A DNA stretch of 63,816 nt, counting the filler, from Lenisia limosa (taxonomy: Eukaryota > Protista > Breviatea): the NCBI GenBank assembly GCA_001655205.1. It is 13 parts of 13 records of this genome, joined end to end, with 100 filler letters (N's around TTAATTAATTAA, not from the genome) between each part and the next. Parts side by side here need not be neighbours in the genome. Positions count along the whole stretch, not along the records: positions 21,543 to 28,370 come from LPNZ01003105.1; positions 28,471 to 37,138 come from LPNZ01009584.1; positions 37,239 to 49,555 come from LPNZ01005044.1; 10 more parts are not named here. The stretch is one strand, 5' to 3'. Position numbers and translations under genes: made by a program. The number at the start of each line of letters is the position of its first letter. Position 1 is the first letter of the stretch. Shown here one piece after another: positions 24,601 to 37,700 of this stretch. The notes under the pieces were generated by a model, which was not told the origin of the DNA, did no database searches, and saw nothing but the letters and a program-made list of their open reading frames with translations.

Positions 24601-26433
24601 GGTAAACATACAGTAGTATGTAATATGTATAATTATGTTACCACCACCCACAAAGCTCTTTTGTCGATCCCATTTGCGGCATGGTGGCGGACATGACGAC
24701 GGCTCTCTCGGCTCGGAGCAACATGCTTTCCTCAAACTCCGAGTCGTCCGGGGGGGAAGGCGGACTGAGGTCGGCGGAATCACTATCGGAAGCGTCAGAA
24801 GCCTCGTCGGAAGAGGTTTCGGAATCGGAAGGTGGCGGAGGCGGTGGCTCATCATCAACGTCGATGGAGGTGTTGAGAGAGGCAGGCTNNNNNNNNNNNN
24901 NNNNNNNNNNNNNNNNNNNNNNNNNNNNNNNNNNNNNNNNNNNNNNNNNNNNNNNNNNNNNNNNNNNNNNNNNNNNNNNNNNNNNNNNNNNNNNNNNNNN
25001 NNNNNNNNNNNNNNNNNNNNNNNNNNNNNNNNNNNNNNNNNNNNNNNNNNNNNNNNNAAGCAACTTGCAAATTTGCAAAAAAGCCAACTGATTTATTATT
25101 GTTGATTGAAATGGGTCTTTACTAGGGCTTCGCTTCGGTTCGTAAAAGACTGGATAAATATCGATAGTTTTTGAGGAATTATCGAGAAATTCAGTCTATT
25201 TTCGAACAGAAGTGAAGCCCTGGTCTTTTCTCCAAATTGTCCGGGTACCCACCTTTTGGTCAAAGCTGTCAAGTAGTATGTCAGTCAAGCGTTTCGAAGT
25301 ACCCCGACGCATCTCTTCTCCCATAACCTAGACAGTGATAATTATCCCATAAATTAGGGGAGTAAAAATAGAAACAATCAACTCTGTTGGCTAACCATTT
25401 GAGAAACACGCAAAACAATTGCGAAAAAAGACCTTCGAAAAACAAAAACACAAAAAGTATTGGGAAAAACGTGATGTCAACTAGTAGAATCCCAGGACAA
25501 TTACAAACCTGACGGTAGAACCCATCATCTTCTTCAGGCGGAATAGGCGGAGGAGAGAGGGGTGGTGAACCTTGGGCTGTCACAATACAGAGGGGTGGGG
25601 AAAAACTTTTTCCAGAAAATTCACTGTATTATTCCTTAACAGAAAACTCCGAGTAACAAAAGGAAGACAACCACGAGCAAAAATCGAGAGGGAATTCGAT
25701 TGGAAAACACTTGAGTCAGGATTTTCCCACTTTGTAGTTTTCCTGGAATAAACTTTTTCAGAAAATTCACTGTATTTTTCCAGTTACTCGGAGTTTTCAG
25801 TTAAGGAAAACACTTGTAAAAAATCAGCAAACCACTCTTCGGAAAAAAAACTCGGAAAATGGAAAAAAAATATGAAACAAAAAATGCCCAAAATCAACTC
25901 TGTTGGCTAGCAACACACGGGAGTTGAAAATAAGAAAGCAAACAAAGCCCAGGCCAGTCACTTCTGCAGCACTGCATTCCATCACTCCAGCGTAAGTGAA
26001 TTACAGGGAGAAGATTACCTTTAAACTCAGAACACTTTCACAATTTTTTAAAAAACTACAAGCCATTTTCCAACCTGGTGAGTCCGGCGGCGGGCTCGGA
26101 GGTGGACTGTCGAATTCCGGGCTCGAATCGGCAAAGGCTCCGTCTTTGGGTTTAAGGAGGGGCGGGGGTACAATTTACAAAAAGGCCCACAATAAACTCT
26201 GTGAGCTTAATATTTGACAAACAAACGAGAGTTTAAAATATCAAATCCCAGCCTTGGAGGTATACATATATATTTATATATTCAGCGAATAGGGACAAAA
26301 GTTATAAATAAATGAATTTCAAATCGGATGAGAAATAAAACAGAAACCTGGGTAGTACAGCTTTGACTGTCTTCTTGAGAGAAAACCATTCAACTAACTC
26401 ACCTTGAAGTAGGAGTAGAGAAGACTGATGACT
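21672..26433 (-). CDS. RhoGEF (Dbl-homology) protein with long S/P/D-rich and coiled-coil N-terminal part (3' truncated by gap)
   Basis: Exon 21748-21672 KRRGVVFELRDTEKNFIDNLRHVLE matches the DH helix-1 consensus (R..v..El..TE..Y...L..l.e); upstream exons DESEREDLLVSQRDEQARLRRRQTGELAALKAS and ORF-track segments 23054-23400 and 24660-24890. Confidence 0.65.
21752..21887 (+). repeat. Family D element, near full length, abutting the acceptor of the DH exon
   Basis: CTG(acceptor)CGGAGTAAAATTGGAAAG...CCCAAAATCAATCTGTTGGCTGACAACACACAAGGGTTG...CCTAGGCCAATTGCTTCTGTAGCACCGCATTC. Confidence 0.85.
22559..22622 (+). repeat. Family D fragment abutting an acceptor
   Basis: CTGA-G11-TAAAATTGGAAAATGAAAC...TCAAATCAACTCTGTAGGCT. 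Confidence 0.85.
22817..22915. mobile_element. hAT-like MITE, family A
   Basis: Both TIRs recognisable. Confidence 0.8.
23787..23875. mobile_element. hAT-like MITE, subfamily A2
   Basis: TSD ACCATAAC/ACCATAAT (7/8). Confidence 0.85.
24467..24552 (+). repeat. 39-bp tandem duplication
   Basis: AAGCT.TTTTGCCCAGTCAAGCYGCAGCC.GCACCC x2. Confidence 0.85.
25123..25222. mobile_element. hAT-like MITE, family A
   Basis: TSD GTCTTTAC/GTCTTTTC (7/8). Confidence 0.9.
25855..25992 (+). repeat. Family D element, full length, mid-intron
   Basis: ...GCCCAAAATCAACTCTGTTGGCTAGCAACACACGGGAGTTG...CCCAGGCCAGTCACTTCTGCAGCACTGCATTCCATCACTCCAGCGTA. Confidence 0.9.
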
Positions 26434-26847
26434 TTTAGTTTGGCCTAACTTTGGGGGAGGCATGGGTCCTTTCTTTACAGTTACAAGAGGAATATAGGAT
26501 ATGACACTGATCGGTATTATATATTTCATAAATTCCTTTCATCATACTCAACGATGTTAGTATGTTATTATTAGTCAATAAAATGCAGACTTATCTGGGG
26601 GAACTTGAAGGTAGCATTCAATGAGCAGGATGAAATCCGAAAAAAAAGTGTTCAGATGAAGTGGGATACTGTTAATCCATTTTCTGGGCAATTTCTTATT
26701 GTATGTAAACAAACCTCAACAAATATATTTGTGTAGGAGAAAGAGACCGACAATTCACAGATTTTGCACTCGTTGAAATACGGCGGCGCAGTATTTAAAC
26801 TCTTTTTTTTGAGGATAATCCTCTTTGTTTGGGCAGATTTCTTTAGG

Positions 26848-28270
26848 ATGAGCGCAATGCTGGAGACAGAGAAGAAAAAGCACATACCTGGCACTTTTGA
26901 CCCGGGTATGTTTTGTGATTCCAGTGTTCTCTGACGTTATCCTCTAGATCTTCAGGAGAGCATCCGTGCAGCTGACTTTGTGCCGTTTTATGTTGCGCTA
27001 GTCACTTACTTTTCGTACGAAGACATTTTATTTGAAATTATCTTCTTCTAGTTTCATGATTCTCATCTTCTTTGGCCATCTCAACGACATGTTTGCAAAA
27101 ATTTTCTTTCCCAGAGAAGTCCGAAAGGTAAGAGTGGCCTTCTCCTCGTTGATCTCACCTTCGCTCCAGGGTTACGCACCTCTCTGTGGTGACTGGGAAG
27201 GCTTCTTCACCAGGAGAATGTTCATTCGTGTCAGAGTATGCTTGTTTATAGAAGTTTTCTTGACACAATAGTATCACCTTCATACATTGCCTTTGTTTTC
27301 CCCTACCTGTTTATGCCGTGCTCTGTCATGAAATCTCCCAGTCTTACCCTTTAGGATTGCTTCAACCGCCCAATTTTCACAGTTCCCGGAGAGCGTTTTG
27401 ATGTTCAGGTTGGCTTGGTTGAGGACCGATTAATCTTGCATACACACACCCTTTCTTTGGTATCTTCAAAGCTCCGAGCCAATTACAGATATTGTCATCT
27501 TCTACGAATGCTAACATACATAGATTACTACATATGATTGGTATATTTTAGTTATCATAACCCTCATTCTCTTCAGATCCGTCGGATTGACCCTCGAACC
27601 CACGATGTTATTCCTACTGGTGAAGTCAGAAGCTGCTACAACCTGTCCTCCTACAACTACCTTGGGTATGCCATTGTTAATCCTGGAATAGTACAAGATA
27701 TATCCCATAGTATCTCATCCACAAATGAGAAAGAGCAATGCTAAAAATAACATAAATATAAACTGTCCTTGGTGTAATTGCTTTTTGAGACGTCTGGTTT
27801 TTTAGGTGACGATTTTGGCTCATACATCATGTATTATATTTAGTACGTTGTGTTGGGTGTACCTGGCCCGCCAGAAAGATGGGCATCATCCTTATGTCAA
27901 AATCTATTGCATCACAGGGCAATAGAATGTATTGAAATTATTTTTTCAACAATATCCTCCTGGCCTGGGCTCTGTTTTGTTGTTTTCAACCCTCGTGTTT
28001 CTAGCCAATAAAGTTGATTTTGGGAGTTTTTCTCTTTTTACTCCTCACAACCCTAAAACGCACCAAACATTAATAGCTGGCTTGTCTTCTCTGGTTTCTG
28101 AGTGCTGTGTGTGCTTTCTTCGCAGTACTAAATTTCCACTTAGGTTTGGAGAGAACTCCGGACCGGTCATTGACAAAGTGAAGGCCTCCATCAACGAATG
28201 GGGTGTCGGCATACCGGCGGCGCGAGGCGACTGTGGTGACACCATTGTCCATCGCGAGTTAGAGAGAGAG
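26848..28270 (+). CDS. SPTLC2: Serine palmitoyltransferase subunit 2 (LCB2/SPTLC2), N-terminal half; rest lost in gap
   Basis: Spliced: ...VPFYVALVTYFSFMILIFFGHLNDMF...GYAPLCGDWEGFFTRRMFIRVRDCFNRPIFTVPG...TGEVRSCYNLSSYNYLGFGENSGPVIDKVKASINEWGVG...HRELERE, matching LCB2 motifs GHLRD, APL..DFE.FY.RR, DC.NRPI, N.GSYNYLGF. Confidence 0.9.
27959..28042 (-). repeat. Family D element in SPT intron (~100 nt from acceptor)
   Basis: CTGGCCTGGGCTCTGTTTTG...CAACCCTCGTGTTTCTAGCCAATAAAGTTGATTTTGGG. Confidence 0.85.
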
Positions 28271-28544
28271 GTGCGGTGGCGTGGGTAGTATTTTGATCTT
28301 TATCAAACCTTGTGATACACACACACTTGTCATGAATTGTACAGAAATATTTGATTTTGGAGTTTTTTTTNNNNNNNNNNNNNNNNNNNNNNNNNNNNNN
28401 NNNNNNNNNNNNNNTTAATTAATTAANNNNNNNNNNNNNNNNNNNNNNNNNNNNNNNNNNNNNNNNNNNNAGTTGGGGGGTGGGGGTGGGGGTTCGACAC
28501 AGTAGATGATGAACTGTACCTAATTTTTTTTATCACATATAATA

Positions 28545-28685
28545 CAATGTTTTATCACAATGTTTTTTTATCACAATGTTTTTTTATCACAATGTTTTTT
28601 TTATCACAATGTTTTTTTATCACAATGTTTTTTTTATCACAATGTTTTTTTGTCACAATGGTTTTTTATCACAATGGTTTTTTTA
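28545..28685 (+). repeat. 17-18-bp tandem repeat x8
   Basis: (TTTTTTATCACAATGT)n; the two ORF-track calls here are artefacts of this repeat. Confidence 0.95.
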
Positions 28686-28709
28686 TTATTCCATTTATTT
28701 TTGTGTCAG

Positions 28710-31700
28710 GTTCTTCAGTACCTCTTTGACTCAATTGAATCGATGAAATGCGAGGAACCCGACTCGAAACACAAGCTCTCTTTGTCTTTCATTGAGGTTA
28801 GCATTGCAGGCAGATATGATATACCCTATCATTGCCGCGTTGAGTTGGAAAACTAGGGGTTAGGATAACTATGTCATGAAAACCCTTGCGTAATCAGTGT
28901 TTGAAAGGGACTTTTTATTTCACTCTAAATCTTCTTTTCAACTCTATTAGATCTACAATGAGCAAGTGAGAGATCTCCTGAGAGACCCCCAAGACAAACC
29001 AACAGACCTCAAAATATTGGTAAGAACAGGATTATGATGGTTTTTGATCACTCAAATTCTCAGGCTTTTTTATTTTCATCATATTTTAAGGGAGACAAAG
29101 TAGCTGGTGCCAAGCAGCCCTATGTAAAGAAGTTCAACGACGTGGGGGAGGGGGGGATCTGCAGTAAATCTCAAATGCATTGTAAAAGGTAGTAATTAAC
29201 ACAAGAATAATGAGGGAATTTTCTACATCGGAGTTTAAGTCGAAACAAGACACAAAATAATTCAAAGGCTTCAAATATGATCGGAAATATGAGGCTTTCA
29301 ACACAAGTGACCATTTCAGATCAACGCGTTGTTCCGAAGGGGATTGGCCAACAGGCAGACCGAAAGCACCAAAGCGAATGCGGTGTCCTCGAGGTCTGGT
29401 TGAAGTATGACCTCCTTGCGGATGGTCTCTCTCTCTCCCCCCCCCCCCCCCNNNNNNNNNNNNNNNNNNNNNNNNNNNNNNNNNNNNNNNNNNNNNNNNN
29501 NNNNNNNNNNNNNTCTCCGTTTTCCTTGAATACAGTTTCGTGTAAGCGAGGAAATTGTCTTGAATACCCCTATTCTCTGTCTGGTTTATGACATTCTTTG
29601 GCGAACCAGACCATATGGACCTTAAAGTTTCCATTTTCATTTTTGACAGCTCATTTTTAGGACGAAGGAAGGACTCTCGCAGACAGTCAATGGAAGTATA
29701 CAATTCGTGGATCTTGCTGGTATGCACAAAGATAATGGGTCAAAAATGACTGTAATTGCCGTCTTTTTCTTGCCAGTTGCGTCTTTATCACTGAAACTAA
29801 CGAGAAACCAATTGATCAAGAATTTACTTCTTTTTTTGAACTATTGGGAATCACTGTTCCTTATTCATATTTACCGTACCTACTACCACTTTACTTGCAA
29901 CCAGGTATGGAGACACTCAAGATTGCTGGTGATGACGGTGTACTCAGGAGCGGACCGCACAACAGCCCGGGTGGGTCTACTGGACATATATATCATGTAA
30001 CTACATACTAATATTGAATAATGAATGTTGTTTCATGAAAGAATGATCACAGTTTCGGTTTAACAAACGATCATGAAAATACAGGCATTTGTTCCAACAA
30101 GCTTGTGATACCTCCAGGAAACCACATTGAAAAGGCTCGGGAATTGGATCGAAACCGCATCATCAGAAAACAGCGCCAGTTTAGGGAAATGACAAAGGTG
30201 GGAGGATGGCATAACTGGTTGCATTCTACGCCGAGGAGCGTGGGCGCGGAGGTACGGTAATTTGTTAATGGTATGTATCCCTATGTATTTATTTGTTTCC
30301 CTAGATTATTAATGTATATTATATTATTTCTCTTGTTCAAAACAAGAGGGGAATAGTGCTTCAGCACATATATGTATATCATACATCTGTGATAAATGAA
30401 TGCTTTTCATTGCAAATNNNNNNNNNNNNNNNNNNNNNNNNNNNNNNNNNNNNNNNNNNNNNNNNNNNNNNNNNTCGATATCGTAATGATGTTGCAATAT
30501 TTGTGGAAACTCTCAACGGGCTTCTTAGATACTCATCTTCTAGATCAACAATAGTCTGTCATGTCTGATGCAAGTCATTGATCAGCTGAGTGACGAGCAG
30601 AAGTTGGCAGAGATCAAAGCCGGCAAGTTGAGAATCAGGTTGGCTGTCGCGCAACGTATCACATAAGCTTTTGTACCCGGACAAGGATACTATCGTTTAA
30701 AATCATCTCAACGCAGAAAAGGCTCCGATTGTGAGGCGCTGGGTTTATTATCTTTAATCCTGCACTGACGCCCCAGGTACCGAGACAGTAAGTTGACACA
30801 CTTACTCAAGTCCTCACTCGATCCCATGGCACAGACCCACACCTACATGATCGCCAACATCAATCCCTTCCACAGGAATTTCGCCACTAAAACTATCAAG
30901 TGAGCGCACAAAAAGGAGGGAGAGAGAGGGAGGGAAGAGAAAAATAAACGGGGGGGGGGGGTAACTCAAGGAAAACATGATTCAAGGAATTAATTATTTG
31001 GAATTTATTCCTTGAATCACATTATTGCGCAAGAGTCGTCATAATCATTCAATGAACACAAGCTAAAAAACCGTATTTTCCATTGGTTGCAAACAGGTTC
31101 AAATTAATATAATTTTTTGTGCCGTAGTACTCCATTGGCTGCTAAAGATGGTGCTACTTCGTTTAAATCTTTGACTCTCCTTCAAAACCATTTGTGTGTT
31201 TTCTGGCGGGAAAAGAGTAATTCAGTTCTCCTGTTGATCTTTTGATCTGGCTTGTTGGGGGTAAAGCGTAGGTGGGAGGCTAATCCCGTCCATGAGACAC
31301 CACCACCACAACAAGGACTATAAATGTCACCTTGGGGATACCCCTGGGCTCGGATTGAAATGGAGGGAAAGCTGAGTTACTCCTCGCTAGTTTCTCTGCA
31401 CCATCTGCTCTCAGCCTTTTTTTGGGCAAATTAATCGAACATCTATTTTACTACCCCCCTCTAAATAATGTTACCCCTCTTAATATGATATACTATATTA
31501 CATATCATATCATATGATATGTAACTCCCCCTTATTATTATTATAATACTACAGAAAAGCACTTATTACGCAATAATGCAGAACATTAAGGCGCCTAACT
31601 TCTCAGATACGCGAATAGCGCCAAAAATATGAAAACCCAGCCTACAGCCAACAAGGCAACTTCAAAGTACATTAGAAAACAGGTATCCCCAGAAATGTGT

Positions 31701-34700
31701 TATATAGAATGAAATGTATTGTGTTACAATTGTCAACTCATCAATGGTTCAATGGTCATTTTTTAGATGGAAAAGCGGACGGAAGATCTCCACAAGTTGA
31801 TTGAAAAGCTGAAAGGAATGGGAATTAACTGTGGTGACAGCTTGGACGGTCTGGACTCTGTTGTTGCTGGCTTACAGGTGGGCAAATTAATGACTGGAAT
31901 TGTATGGTTGAAAGCTGGACCTTTTGATTTTCTGTGTCGTCAAAAAGCAATTGATAAATTCACATTGAATACTATGATACTGTGAATATGATATTTGATA
32001 ACAATATCGTTACTTGAATACAGAGTAATTTTGACATGGGCAGGATGAGAAGACAAGTTTGAAGAATGAGGTTGACAAAGTTGCTGTAGCCTTGGAAATG
32101 GCTGATCACACTGTCAAAGTGGGCATGGTATAAAGACCCAAATCTAGGGATTATAATTTTTGTACTCATATTATATTACGAATTATGATGATACTGCACA
32201 CCAAGCAATTGCATTTCGATTTTGATCTGCAGACTTGGTTTTAAGCTGGTTAATAGAACAAACAATGACATTTTATTCTTTTATTCTTAGTACCTCTCCA
32301 AACAACTTGCTGGCAAAGGGATACTGGAGAACTTAATGGTGTCACTCCCTCGAATAGCCGGTTGGGATGTATAAACTATAATAGTTGTTCTTTCCGATTT
32401 ACTTAGAATGATTATTTTCTGTTTTTATATACTTCAATGATGCTCCTTTTTTGATTCTTATTTTTCGGCTTCGCTTTTTGACCTTCGGCAGAGGAGAACC
32501 TGAGACACCTGATCGAACTTGAGGACACTGTGGCTGAAAAGAAAAAGAAGAGTTGGTTTGGCTGTCTTTTTTGGATACCCAACTGTCTTTTTTGGATACC
32601 CAACACATCAACACACTGCTATTGACCTCTCTTAGTATCTTCCCATGAGGCGTACGTAAAGCATTATGTTGCATTGTTGCGGGCAGCTGTTGCTGGAANN
32701 NNNNNNNNNNNNNNNNNNNNNNNNNNNNNNNNNNNNNNNNNNNNNNNNNNNNNNNNNNNTGAGTTTCTTGACTGAGATGATATAATTAATTTCTAATCAA
32801 AAAAGCCATGTATATTTTGGCTTCCGTTATTGTTCTTTTTTCAAATTTTCAATTGTCTTTGAGTTTTTTTTATACTATAGAGTTTTAAAAAGTCACCAGT
32901 TTAGCTCCATCGTATCCTGGACTTGCTTCTCTCCGCCACAGTCGACCTGAATAAAGCCCAAGGTAGGGGGGGTAAGCCCCGAGTGGGGGCGGGAAAATGC
33001 AGTCCTGTATTGTTTTATCAAATTTTGTATTTATTATTCTCGATTTTGAAGCCCAACTATTCCTACCCCTTTCCAGCTGCCCTCAACCCCGTCTTAACCC
33101 AGCGAATGGCTATCATCGAATCGGAGCATGAGAGGTTTGCTAGCTTTTGGGACTGGGTTTTGTTGTGATGGTGGTTGTTTCTGAAACATGACATGGATTG
33201 GTTATGAGTTATGGGTAGTTTGGTAGGGACTTTGGGGGTGATAGAGCCTTGGTAGGGACTTTGGGGTGCATTGTAGAGGGTCAGCCAGGCTTTTATAATT
33301 TCTCATTTCGGTGAATTTCTACTTACTGAATACCCTGTCACAACAGTCCTTAAACCATAGCTTCACCGTCCCACCAACACCCCACAGACTATCCTCAGAA
33401 GTTCACCGTTTGGCTCGAGGGCCGGCATCAGAGGTGTCCGCGCAGGAAACCCAGGAATGGGAAGTTGACCACCAAAACGCCTTGTAGGTTGAGGCGCTCT
33501 TCAGAATTATTGAGACTCTTGTTAACCCCAACATACTGCAGGCTAGCCTAATCTTTGTTATCAAGCTCTTAGAATCTGTAGACAATAGAGTTGATCTTAT
33601 GTTTTTATTTCTTCCCTTTTCCCTCGTAAATTCCCTTCACCCCCACCCCAAAAAAAACCCCTCGTTTGTTGTCAGCCAACAAAGTTTATTTGGGCCTTTT
33701 GTTTCATAATTTCCAATTTANNNNNNNNNNNNNNNNNNNNNNNNNNNNNNNNNNNNNNNNNNNNNNNNNNNNNNNNNNNNNNNNNNNNNNNNNNNNNNNN
33801 NNNNNNNNNNNNNNNNNNNNNNNNNNNNNNNNNNNNNAATGGACACTGGTGCGGCCGCCACCGTCGTACCGATAAGTCACCCCGGGGCACAAATCGACTC
33901 CCGCTTGCCTGGTGAACGGGGTGTAATTCGGAGAAATACACCATCATTTGGAAATGTATGCTTATCATATGGGTACCAGCTATCATTATCTTCTCCTTCA
34001 AGTTGAGTGCTTGGGGCTGTTATGATGGATTGATTAATTTTTTATCGCATAACACATGATCTGATAGACTAGTATTATATAGTATATCTATATCATATTA
34101 TATGGGTTATTAGGGGCTATTGTCCTTATTCATGAATCTAATCCTTGTAGGTATGCTGTGGAGGCACGCAGAAAGCTGTGTGCACGAGTTGTAAGGAAAA
34201 TGATTGGGTGAATTAATACTATACTATAATTCAATCTCTCTAATAAGCGNNNNNNNNNNNNNNNNNNNNNNNNNNNNNNNNNNNNNNNNNNNNNNNNNNN
34301 NNNNNNNNNNNNNNNNNNNNNNNNNNNNNNNNNNNNNNNNNNNNNNNNNNNNNNNNCTCCCAGCTTTGTGCTTAAGGCAGGTTATCTCGTGTGCATTATC
34401 TGACTCTTTAGACTCGGATAATGAGGCTTTTGAAGCAGACCAAGAAGAAGAAGGTATGTTCTGGTGTTACTTCAGACTAAAATCCTGCATTATATTTCAT
34501 CATCATGGTATAATCTGATGTCTCGCGAATCAGGTATAATCTGATGTCTCGCGAATGATAAAATTATGGAGAATATTTCGAGAAATACTGTCTGTCAGAC
34601 CAAGTAAAGCTCAGAATTGATCTTGTATTTCATAAAAACTGAATATTTCTCTGAGTCCTCAGATCCTATCGAGCGCCGAATGACTATCGAGCTCAGTCCG

Positions 34701-37700
34701 GCCGACTGCGGCGGATTGGGGCTCCTGTCGGCAAACAGAGTTGCGGCTTGTAGGGACACCCAGGCCGGGAAAATCCTCGGTGGGTGATGGCATCAGCTAA
34801 TTAGTGTTCTCCTGTTTAATGTTCACTACTTTTTGTGTGGGGTGATATCATACTCATCATACCCATGTAAACGTTAATTTCTTCATTTAGTATAAGGTAG
34901 ATATTTTACGTCATAGTATCACTTATCATTATCCAAAGTATCATCAAAATTGCGTCACATATCAGCTGTGTCGTTATTGTTCAGAAAAGGAGCGGTTTGA
35001 CGGCTTGAAGCAGCTTCTAGAGAACCCTGATGTTGGCAGCACAAAACAGTTCACATTGGAATTTCAATTTAGGCTTTTTTTGGCTTCACGTAACCCCAAG
35101 CACCAGGAATATTGGGACCACAGGGAAAACCCAGTTCATATTGTATCTAATATTAATGTGTTCAGGTGGATGCCGTAGAGCTCTTAAGAATTCTTGAAAA
35201 TGTCAATGCTCTTAGAACAGAGTGCTTCTCAAAGGTTTGGTCGATAGTGATTCAGCTTGATATTATCATATGATGCCAATAATATTGTATCTATTTTCAC
35301 GACCTTTCATGAAGAGTTAGAGAATTGTATCCTCTCTATATGCCTTAACACTTCTCCCAATTTCCTTACCGCAACTCCCCTGCTTTGGTTTGAAAAGCCC
35401 TTGATCCATACTGACATTTATTGGCCTTTTTTTTGGGGGTGAAAAGCCAGGTATTTGCGATAATTTATATTTAGCTCCAAGAGCAAGCTCAGCTGACTGC
35501 GGAGAAGAACAAACTGCTTTCAGATAAACTCAAAAAGCAAGGTATGGGCAATTGTGGGCAGTGTAATTCAGGGTTCCATACGGTTCTCAACAAAACAATT
35601 CTAGATGGCCTTTTCTGTGATATCGTAACACCACTTCCCCCTATTTCCCCTCATACTCTCAGTGAAACGCACCAAAAAACTGGAAGAAATGCTCAAAATG
35701 AATCAAGGAGAGTTTGGAGGGCAAATCACAGCTCTACGTGAGGGGGGTTAGTCCACAGTTTTCGCTTGTTTCTTTATGTGACGCTTGACTTGCTTGAAAT
35801 TTACAATGAAGAAAAGGAAATTGATGACCGGGAAGAAGAAGTCCGCAACAACATCAGCAAAATGGCGGAGAGAGACGAGGCGATACGCGACCGTGACGCC
35901 ATCATTATCGAGCAGAATGGTGGGGGGGATTGTTGAAGGTTGAAGAGAATGGTGGGGGAGGGGTGTGAATGCATTAAGCATTAGATAACATTTTTAGATA
36001 AGGCTGCGTCAATGAGCGAACTGTTAGCAGCAAAGGAGGAATCCATCTCTGCAAAGTGCGAGGGGCGCTTCTGTTATAGTATAATCAATTAATTATTTGA
36101 CTTGGACCGCATTTCTCCGGTTTGGAGGTTATTGACATATAATCCTCAGACACTGACGGATTCACTTCGGAATTCCTCTGTAAATTCTCGATATTCCGAG
36201 TCTTCTTTTGCAAACTGGCCTGACCCCTCCACTTGATACTACAGGGATGCTGAAATTGAGCTTCTTCGCACGATGGTGGCCAAGCTTCAGGGGGACGTCT
36301 TAGACCTTCAGAGGGTGCATGACCGAAGCAAAGATGATCTTGGTGGGACCTTATGATTTACTGTCTCTGATGATAGAACCTTTTTTGACAGAGTAGAATC
36401 ATTTATTGATTTGACACACACCCAATCGGAGGAAATTGAGACCCTCCATAGCAGCCTGAGGGAAGAAGAGAAGAAGTTCGAAGAAATGTGGGGACTACAT
36501 AGAATGACGATAAAAAAAATCCGTATTTTTCACTGGGCACAATTTATTTTATTTAAGTTGAGTCATCTTCTGAAAAATTTTGCCATTGAATGTATCCAAG
36601 GGGGACGCTGAGTTGTGCTGTCCGTTCTTTCTTTCATTCACATATTTCTCTTTAGACATTTCCGAAAAAAATAATAATTTGATCGCATGATAATTCTCTT
36701 GTTTTCTATGGGGTGGGTAGGATTGGCCGGACCCATACACCTTTCCACGTCATCAGACCGTTATCTAAAAGGTACAATATATAACCGAAAACCAAACTTC
36801 CCCTGTGTTAAAACTATTGTGGTGTCACGTTTATACCTTGGTCACGCTTCAGATCCATCGCGCTCTCAAGGGAGAAGCAAGTCAGACAGTTTGCTGAGTG
36901 CCGTGAAATCGCCCGGGATGGTTAGGGGAACTATTTTGTCAGCTGTGTTGTGGTACTCTTCACTATTCTTTTTTTGCAATAATTGGGGACATGACAATGA
37001 AATTTTAACATTTCCAACTTCATGTGTTCTCTTTTTCCGCCCTCCAGGACTATCAGTGTTGAAGCAACACCGGAAGAAGCCTACCAAAATGGCAATGCGA
37101 GACATCTGGGTTGGTTAGCCTGACCTCCCCCCCCCCCCNNNNNNNNNNNNNNNNNNNNNNNNNNNNNNNNNNNNNNNNNNNNTTAATTAATTAANNNNNN
37201 NNNNNNNNNNNNNNNNNNNNNNNNNNNNNNNNNNNNNNCCCCCCCCGTCAACATTCAGGACCGACTTACAGAGGCTGATTCTCACAACGACGCTCTGACA
37301 TTTGAAATGGATGCCATGTCTGACCTTCTGAAGTCCTCTCACGGTGAATTGGCTGAGGCTCTTTCTGAGCTTCGCACCGAACATGATGTGACGCTGGAGC
37401 GACTCAAGGAGGTATACATGGGTCAAGGAATAAACTTGTATAACATAGATTTTTACCCGCAGCATTTTCTTCCAGCATACCATGTGTTTGGAAACTGAAA
37501 ACAGTCTTTCAGTTTTGACTTCTTACCTTATATCTGAGGAAACTGATGGAACAAATATATCGCCATCTTTTATGGAAGGGTTATCAGATCGCATAGGAGA
37601 TATTTTTGTATTAATCGCTCTTTAGGTTGAAGAGGAGTCAGCGGAGCGCTTCACATCACTGTTCGATGCAGAAGCCAGAGCTCAGTCAAAAGTCGGTTTT

